Below, piece by piece: positions 56,501 to 61,276 of a stretch of DNA of 61,276 bases. The notes under the pieces are model-generated. The model saw only the letters and a list, made by a program, of their open reading frames with translations. It did no database searches and had not been told where the DNA came from. Positions within the stretch are counted from its first letter, which is position 1. The number at the start of each line of letters is the position of its first letter. The DNA lies in assembly GCA_026388075.1 (NCBI GenBank), contig JAPLKN010000145.1, positions 1 to 61,276 of the forward strand, given 5' to 3'. The translations under genes were made by a program, and so were the position numbers. The stretch comes from Elusimicrobiota bacterium. GTDB lineage: Bacteria; Elusimicrobiota; Endomicrobiia; Endomicrobiales; JAPLKN01.

Positions 56501-59500
56501 GGACGAGTTGCTTGATCTTCTCTATGGAATAATTAAAATCAAAAAAGAGCTTGCTGATGCATATCTCTCAAAACATTATGGATTTGAAACAAACAAGGAA
56601 GATGAAGAGTTTGACGGGCAATATAAGGAAATGACTTATGAAGCATTCATTAGGTTAAATTCGGTCATGAAATTTGCAGAGAAGCGAAAGATTAACGGCG
56701 AAGGTTTGCGCAAACTCTACATTTGGTTTACTGATCATCTTTTCATTTTTTCCCACAGCTTGCATACGGCTTATCTCGTTTCAAAGAAAACAAAACAAAC
56801 AATGATCAAGAATATCATAGATTCAATAAAGGACACGGCAGAAGAAATTAAATCTGAAATATTGTCTTTTCAAAGATCAGGGATTGTTAGAAAAGATTTG
56901 GATTGTAATAAATTAACAAAAAATGATGTAGATAATATTTTCTCAGGAAACGCGGATTATTTGGAAGATGGTACTATACAGAAAGTGTTGAGGATTATGA
57001 TAGAAAATGGAATTGATATTTCATTTGATGGTAAGACGAAAGAAAACATCAAGTTGGAAGATAAATATGAAATTCCAGCGGAAGATGAACGGTTGAAAAA
57101 AATATTTGGATTGGAAGGGAAAGACAGTGCAGTTGAGATATGGAAAGATGAACAAGGAAATATCGTTTCTGACTGGTTTTCAAAAACAGAAAGAGACTAT
57201 TTACGGCAAATTGCTATTGAAATCGGACAGGAAAAATTAAAGCAGGTTGAATTATTTGACAAACCAATCGGTGAGAATAGAAAAGACATAGAGGAATTTC
57301 TCCGTAAAATTGACCAGAAGATTAACATATTCTCTTGGAACGATTTGATGGATGAAACTGTAAGTATGATAATTTTGGCAGTAGAGAAGGGAATTGCTAA
57401 GAATCTGCGAGATGCTATTGCCGAAATGCTCGGGTATAAGTTAATTAATAATTCAGTAGAGTATTTTAACAATGAAAAAATGAATAAATTCTTAAAAATT
57501 CATTATAAAGCATATTTTCGCCTGCTTGCATTCAAGAGTTTAATTAATAGTTGTCTTAATGTCTATGCTAAAGGATGTGGCGAGAAAATCGAGAAAAAGA
57601 TTAGTAATCTATTGTCTGGGGTCAAAATCGGGATCAAATATGAACTCGAAACTTCACAAGACGGAGCGGAGACTCGTTTATTTAATCGTTCATTTTCCTT
57701 TATTAGTGCAAATAATTTATTGCTCCTTCCCTATGAAATTTGGCATGAATCAATTCACTTACTATTAAATTTCCACAAAAAAGATTTTAAAAATGAATCT
57801 TTGACAACAGCTGGGAGTTATTTATTTTTTAAGATTCTTGCAGATCAGAATCCTGCTTTAAAAGATATTTTCAATTTAATGGCTTTAGTGGAACGTCAAG
57901 TTATGAAAGAAGGGGATGTTTATAAATTGATTAGCGAATATGCTAATCCGCGTCAAGCGTTTCTATACAGTGCTTTTGAAAAGTTTTTGTTCAATCAAGG
58001 ACTGCCAAAGGATATCCTATCACGGTTTAAAATGTTCAGGCACTTTGTTGAAGGTAAAAAGGATTTTTGGATTGACGACATTCTTGAGATTATCCAGAAA
58101 AAAGATACGTCAGATTTTTTAAAAGATGCCGTTCGTAGTTCTTCAAACATCAAAAGAATGTTTCAGCATACAAGACTGCAAGAAATATTTAAGATTATTG
58201 TTATGCCGGTTGCATTAATTGCTTTTTTAACGAAAAAATCAGAGATAGGGGCAAAACTTGGAAATTTATTTAGGGCGGCGAGAGTTCAAAAGACTGCTCT
58301 TCCTTCAGCCTTTTACTATTGTTTAAATTCAGAAAACTTAAATGATAATATGGCTAATAGATTGCTGGATCAAAATTCTAAAGGAGCAAACAATATAATT
58401 GTAACTGTTGCGGACCACGAAAAAATTATACAAGGCCTTAATCAAAGGGATGTTAGTTTGCCTAGGAAAATTTCAGTTGAAGGCAGACTGTGCAAAATAT
58501 GGATAAAGTCGGTTTGGAAGGATGATGCTTCTTCTATTGAAATAATTTATGTTGAGCCAAGAGCGGGAGCCGAGGTTGCCTTAAATAATGCTTCAGTTGA
58601 GGTTATAAGGGAACTTTACGGTGACGGAATTAGGGAGGGAGATCCTGCCATTAAAAGAACAATCAATGAAATGCACAAAGGAGAAACGGGTTTTAAACCT
58701 GCAATAATATTCAATGATACCGGCAAAAAGCCGTCATCTTTTGAGGATAGATGTGAAAAAAGAAGCATGGGGGCTGAATTTAAAACTTTAGAAGAAAGCA
58801 GAATAAAGGATTTTAAAGAATTCAAGGCGGCTGAAAATCAGAAGAATCACGAAAGATTTGTTAACGGCAGATATTTCATATTAAGTGCGTCAGTAAAGGG
58901 ACAGAATAAAAGTGAGATTTTAGAAGCTATTAATACTTTGGCAAGAATCGGCGCCGTAAATATAAGGCTAAGGGATCTTTCTTCAGATTTGTCGGAAAAA
59001 GACTTAGAAGATATAGTTAAATACTGCCACGATAGCGGTGTTGATATTCTTTCGGATCTCGATGTTTCTGATATTGATACAAAAGCTGATAAACTTGGCA
59101 GGGCTGGTTTCAACGGTTTCGAACTGGATCTGTCAAATTTTGAAGGAGATCCCGTGGAAGTTTTAGACAAAGCAATGAAGAATTTTAAATCCGCTTCTTC
59201 AATAATAACGATTAAATTAAAGAAAAAAGAAGATAGGGCATTGTTCAAAGGAATTGACGGAGTAAAATTTGTTAAATTTCAAGGGACAGCAATTGACGGT
59301 AAGTTGGACGCTGAAGAAGACGAATGCCTTTTTATTACTGATCCGGAAAAAGTGAAAGAATTCAAAGCCGGTATGGTAGAAATTCCTGTTGAATCTCTGG
59401 TCGGTGATACGGCCGGTTTTAAATTTTTGGTTTTTGCTATGGGTGTGGATTTCTATCAAAGATGCAAAGAAAAATTTGCAAAACTAAAAGCCGTATTTAA

Positions 59501-60227
59501 GACAACACCTGAAAAAGAATATGATTCTGCTTATATGTATGAAAAAGAAGATCTTCCCGATATAGAACTGTGGATAAAAATAAAAGAATTACTGGAACAG
59601 GAAAAGTATTCAAAAATTAAGGCTTATTTGACCGTCTTTAAAAAGGATTTAAACGAAACGGATATTGAAGAAGTAAAAATGTTTGCAAAGGATCTTGAAC
59701 AGGCAGGATGGGTTAAAGAAAGGAAATCTTATGCGAGGTTTGGAGAACTTTCAGAAAAAATTGCTGGATATGGGGCTACGGTTGAAAATATAGTATTGTT
59801 TATGGCGTTTATTAAAGCTGTTTTTGAGATGACACTTATCAAGGATGACCTTTTGAATAATACTAAAGGAAAATGGATGTTTTCTAATTTCAAACATTGG
59901 AAATTGTTTGGGCAGATACTTTTGAAAAGGGAATTTTTGGAATCTGAAGTGGTTTCAAAAATAGATAACAATTCGGAAGTTGTTAAAATAATTGACCAGA
60001 TAGATTCTGCTTTTTCAAAGGGATATACTGAGCAAAATCTATCTAAGTTGTTTGATGAAAGTGTTGTAAAATTAACAAAAATGACAGAAGATGGTGTGCC
60101 CGGAGCCATGAGCGGATTGATAAAAATCTTGAGGGTTTACTCTGATTCCAAGATACAAATAAAAATTGAAAAAATGCATGAAAATACGATTATAAATTCA
60201 GTGAAAGATATGCTAGGGGCCGCTTAA
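50514..60227 (+). CDS. Giant mosaic protein E (3237 aa). Order of modules: N-third paralogous to the ORF A C-half, two junction/adaptor cassettes, two HExxH motifs, then a C-terminal region of about 600 aa paralogous to the ORF B C-terminus.
   Basis: Uninterrupted 9.7-kb ORF. The tracked start is GTG 50514 without an SD. The frame is open for a further 48 codons upstream (from 50370). Confidence 0.85.
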   Translation: MLGWIGTEENLVNIARDILRAIKYGFKDIEIIDEEGGSIRGSPELFRKIKYLKETFGKEFISDKWADIMAMAGKDKKSEFYICEYLSKLGERCGAEFVKDNWQTILRLIETAEAEGVDPGSLLEYGLPALKEILTKENLMQIGEELIRYGVDAGDEKSFYYGLFKLRELITGDNYIRVFEGLSRINCSGSERKIKMKDVYEKFTEIFNGTITFDNYENILKDFIEFVFTLQGKVPEKCISGLLIALSPVIKEQGQQIVFEEINEIMSLCADSSPKILQAISDLSNLILKNYGKAVNTWDELIRPVVMTQAKKSSRILEEIKALYDLGALEKAEDLNGLRELIKINGIESYNILHEFLVPGIKDKIISKNLSKELVIVNKYVAEVQCPILDVYKKYLENPEKVAEIAKHLPEFMDKFHLANIGLDAGRRFDENLFRTEYVVYSISLEELMPGSIKHMISVLNSVIKDKGNPNVVIRYLDSKKAALNDPKAAEVVNRIKMSILGKLEIRSRKLVIGEKEKALAAIDLQLDDYKKIDFNKMPEKKRKNLETKYKNLPIQRDALAKELKTIRKIGDKKWKKEETERVIQKGLRCINLTIFNQEIIDKVSSIVELGSTGWLLENIDGIMEYTFETSENSIEDRMYALKNELVKRGFLGNLAKMLGIEETNIALGAYDKIDYENAPKLSQALKFLKENVSRQEYDMYKEYLKAMLEDRVWDFIENKSQKSRIGREIASQNEHERKMMIEEGINVDRWLGGRQVEGGRDSGLRFGDGQFMYYEKSSYEYDPIGDALRAINYLRDIMNRNAFIKDQEAGTKAIKVLEDMGLSVVCDSRNKIARFEVNKKMPQPPKDIVEVMCKIENLERLTSLTDEVGANTKLASDIKISEWVPELKQVLAVLKTNLSKEGKKYIQELEKQRKSFIIRPMKREPGRDLFIGDKTSCCLAMTSTTYPRAMFERLIDEGMNVIEVIDEATGKTMACSWLYISEDEYLTINNMEIHREYGKIAPLKETVGEEMIKYAQRFAKYIGAKKFIVGKPGHGEYIDYVAKKYKNKLVELPEMLGKIGGSIYDIEYYLDSATKTKQAYIIKDFEKKPLGIPVTEYMPEEVDKVVSLGKKPEIAVARAAIKGARELLQGITEAESLSVKLANWLIGKASGLSIEELSKMEESSFLDTLIQASISIQEALAKMFELGKVEEKNLTDEERAYGGTIQSRAEKQLNAKVNLVVSDNPDLIPPEGDAYSLSTIIENADGSYTIYVHRAFFKGLKNKKSQERKELLEQLAIHEIGEYEYLLANPGKNYQDYHKTLAGDKKQQKLLEYGKEAKLYENIVKNVNESESESAIDRGADIAAAYHEIYLQKTNIDILRHISEDPETRAELRIYAFSLLCSNYQIKSDFSQEDLVKISEELELIAVDEISKLLKSNREDWNRNFVKAENWLQNEKLRMYSMTVFLASEFGFIKRNKKEILKGEDMRELYYEIGNTEFSSRAEQTGIGIRIPQKTITDKNAEGVLLELCHEISHSAQECVYGIANEYGSLTLDALAETVSELSVLDFMQKFNINIEEWQSVLDWPYEKHFEEAVRDKYFMSSPHAAARAFLFMVLDLSKQYNIPVDWGIFKLKFISNLRNVVFSEICIKTMADYWKLENPGVYINRLREYSKNTVVEKEISYGYNEWVEPVLTQKVLIPPRFIMEELIKDIQENQKYEKNTSLGEKPEIAVARAAIKGAKEALLGIIEAESLSVKLANWIIGKSGLSVEELSKIEENSLLDTLIQLSISVQEALAKMFELGKVDEEKLTNKEKTYVEIIRSHAEKQLNAKVNLVVSDNPDLIPPEGDAYSLSTIVKEADGSYTIYVHRAFLKGLENKTSSEREELLEQLAVHEIGEYKFLQANPGKTYEDYHKTLAGNKKQQKLREFAKNIAVEVGSNGEKFKVFISKAVAVKERIRENGFINSIKDSNWTKELHSNSSYSAGWDMSNMKDDEIRLCFDILKRLGVDIYQYSRKKDELLDLLYGIIKIKKELADAYLSKHYGFETNKEDEEFDGQYKEMTYEAFIRLNSVMKFAEKRKINGEGLRKLYIWFTDHLFIFSHSLHTAYLVSKKTKQTMIKNIIDSIKDTAEEIKSEILSFQRSGIVRKDLDCNKLTKNDVDNIFSGNADYLEDGTIQKVLRIMIENGIDISFDGKTKENIKLEDKYEIPAEDERLKKIFGLEGKDSAVEIWKDEQGNIVSDWFSKTERDYLRQIAIEIGQEKLKQVELFDKPIGENRKDIEEFLRKIDQKINIFSWNDLMDETVSMIILAVEKGIAKNLRDAIAEMLGYKLINNSVEYFNNEKMNKFLKIHYKAYFRLLAFKSLINSCLNVYAKGCGEKIEKKISNLLSGVKIGIKYELETSQDGAETRLFNRSFSFISANNLLLLPYEIWHESIHLLLNFHKKDFKNESLTTAGSYLFFKILADQNPALKDIFNLMALVERQVMKEGDVYKLISEYANPRQAFLYSAFEKFLFNQGLPKDILSRFKMFRHFVEGKKDFWIDDILEIIQKKDTSDFLKDAVRSSSNIKRMFQHTRLQEIFKIIVMPVALIAFLTKKSEIGAKLGNLFRAARVQKTALPSAFYYCLNSENLNDNMANRLLDQNSKGANNIIVTVADHEKIIQGLNQRDVSLPRKISVEGRLCKIWIKSVWKDDASSIEIIYVEPRAGAEVALNNASVEVIRELYGDGIREGDPAIKRTINEMHKGETGFKPAIIFNDTGKKPSSFEDRCEKRSMGAEFKTLEESRIKDFKEFKAAENQKNHERFVNGRYFILSASVKGQNKSEILEAINTLARIGAVNIRLRDLSSDLSEKDLEDIVKYCHDSGVDILSDLDVSDIDTKADKLGRAGFNGFELDLSNFEGDPVEVLDKAMKNFKSASSIITIKLKKKEDRALFKGIDGVKFVKFQGTAIDGKLDAEEDECLFITDPEKVKEFKAGMVEIPVESLVGDTAGFKFLVFAMGVDFYQRCKEKFAKLKAVFKTTPEKEYDSAYMYEKEDLPDIELWIKIKELLEQEKYSKIKAYLTVFKKDLNETDIEEVKMFAKDLEQAGWVKERKSYARFGELSEKIAGYGATVENIVLFMAFIKAVFEMTLIKDDLLNNTKGKWMFSNFKHWKLFGQILLKREFLESEVVSKIDNNSEVVKIIDQIDSAFSKGYTEQNLSKLFDESVVKLTKMTEDGVPGAMSGLIKILRVYSDSKIQIKIEKMHENTIINSVKDMLGAA
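53835..54480 (+). repeat. Junction + adaptor cassette head, copy E1 (SLGKKPEIAVARAAI ... DNPDLIPPEGDAYSLSTI...YTIYVHRAFF...HEIGEYEYL)
   Basis: The junction is at 53835-53879 and HEIGE at 54348-54362. By eye about 80% nt identity to copy E2 over about 650 nt. Confidence 0.85.
54500..55400 (+). other. Zincin-like domain with HEISH
   Basis: GVLLELCHEISHSAQECVYG, with HEISH encoded at 55044-55058. Paralogous to ORF C 35500-36300. Confidence 0.35.
55620..56260 (+). repeat. Junction + adaptor cassette head, copy E2 (SLGEKPEIAVARAAI ... DNPDLIPPEGDAYSLSTI...YTIYVHRAFL...HEIGEYKFL)
   Basis: The junction is at 55620-55664 and HEIGE at 56130-56144. Confidence 0.85.
57600..57900 (+). other. Additional HExxH motif region (LLLPYEIWHESIHLLLNFH)
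   Basis: HESIH is encoded at 57744-57758. This is a motif-only call. Confidence 0.25.
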
Positions 60228-60248
60228 ACTGCTGGAAAAATAGGGACA

Positions 60249-61276
60249 GTTGTTAATGCTCACTAATTAGGTAACTCTTTTGGTAGAATATAACCAAAGG
60301 AGGCTGTCCAATGAAATACCAAGACATAATAATAGTAAAGCGATGGATACCAATACTAAAAGAGTACGAACGAACAAAAGCAAAGATTGATCCGCGCCCC
60401 TTTAGATATGTTAAGGACCTGTGTTCAGCACATAATATTTCAAAGAAAGAACTAACGCGCTATTATCACAAATGGGTCAATGGCGGAAAACTGGATGAAT
60501 CATTGTTGCCCAAGAAGCGGGGTGCGCGCCCCGGTTCGCGAAGAACCCCAAAAGAGATAGAACGATCTATTGTAAAAGCATATAGGCACTTTGGTTCAAA
60601 CAGATACGAGCTTGTTCTTTTATTTAAACCATATTACTTAGACAAAACGCCCTCACCGGCAACTATGGACCGGATTAAAGCGCGTTATCCGCTTAACGAG
60701 CAGGATAAGAAGGTCATTAAGCGCTACGAACGTCAGTCCCCTGGAGAATTGGCTCATATAGACCTTAGTAAAGTTCCCCATGATATCCGTTGTTCTTTTA
60801 AAGTAAAAGAGCTTTATATTGCTGCTGTTAATGACGACTGTACGCGTTTGACCTATGCTGAAATTATTAAAGACAAAAAAGCATCAACCTTAACTTATTT
60901 CTTGGCACGGTCATTGTCATGGTTTAAACAAATATACAATTTCGAATTTGAATCTATTCTGTCAGATAACGGTGCAGAGTTCAAAGGTTCGCTTGCTAGA
61001 GAACATCCCTTTGAAACCTTTTGCAAGGAATTGGGTATAAAACATATTTGTACTAGGCCTTACAGACCGCAAACCAACGGCAAAATTGAGGCTTTCTGGC
61101 GTATCGTTCAAAAGGAGTTCTTTTACCCGAATTCTTTTGCTTCAGAACAAGATATTATCCTTAATCTTGGAAATTTCCTGTTCGAGTTTAACCATTTACG
61201 CAAACATGGCGGTTTGAATTATATAACACCATTTGATAAACTACAAAAAGTTACCGAATTATTGAGCTAGTACAAC
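60249..61276 (+). mobile_element. IS481-family insertion sequence; the right end is at or beyond the window edge
   Basis: Imperfect terminal inverted repeats: gttgttaatgctcactaattaggtaac (60249-60275) versus the reverse complement of 61250-61276 (gttgtactagctcaataattcggtaac), 21/27 matches. The right IR overlaps the transposase stop, as is usual for IS481. The true outer ends may extend a few nt further out. Confidence 0.75.
60311..61270 (+). CDS. IS481-family DDE transposase (rve integrase core)
   Basis: N-terminal HTH region. The DDE triad context is AHIDLSKV / ILSDNGAEF / RPQTNGKIEAFWR. GGAGG at 60299-60303 lies 7 nt before the ATG. Confidence 0.9.
   Translation: MKYQDIIIVKRWIPILKEYERTKAKIDPRPFRYVKDLCSAHNISKKELTRYYHKWVNGGKLDESLLPKKRGARPGSRRTPKEIERSIVKAYRHFGSNRYELVLLFKPYYLDKTPSPATMDRIKARYPLNEQDKKVIKRYERQSPGELAHIDLSKVPHDIRCSFKVKELYIAAVNDDCTRLTYAEIIKDKKASTLTYFLARSLSWFKQIYNFEFESILSDNGAEFKGSLAREHPFETFCKELGIKHICTRPYRPQTNGKIEAFWRIVQKEFFYPNSFASEQDIILNLGNFLFEFNHLRKHGGLNYITPFDKLQKVTELLS

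Overview
This is an AT-rich bacterial window (about mid-30s % GC by eye) of 61,276 nt, and every credible gene is on the + strand. About 85% of it (c. 52 kb, 17,848 sense codons) is five very large ORFs. A is 1-7989 (open to the left window edge, at least 2662 aa). B is 8020-13341 (1773 aa). C is 19610-47170 (9186 aa). D is 47429-50401 (990 aa). E is 50514-60227 (3237 aa). These ORFs are related mosaics that share several elements: a recurring junction motif (SLGEKPEVVVARAA-like) with an HExGE 'adaptor' block, TM-embedded HExxH modules, juxtamembrane motifs, and long paralogous stretches (A C-half ~ E N-third; B C-third ~ E C-fifth). A|B and C|D are each in the same reading frame, separated by a single TAA. 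A protein repeat array runs across the annotated start of D. ORF C strings together many enzyme-like domains: ABC1/UbiB kinase, a second kinase-like fold, M48-like peptidase, xylose-isomerase-like TIM barrel, tandem HAD hydrolases, an EarP-like glycosyltransferase, TPR and HEAT. Between B and C lies a textbook housekeeping block, rpmH-rnpA-yidD-yidC-jag(khpB), plus an MltD-like LysM lytic transglycosylase. The spacers in this block are unusually long and full of GC-rich hairpin repeats. A perfect TTGACA-N17-TATAAT promoter sits about 300 nt upstream of rpmH. The window ends in an IS481-family element directly after ORF E. I found no rRNA, tRNA or CRISPR. The overall picture resembles the giant multi-TM genes reported from metagenomic Omnitrophota, but I cannot verify taxonomy. 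All domain calls come from motif recognition by eye; no searches were run, and domain coordinates inside the giant ORFs are approximate (about +/-30 nt).
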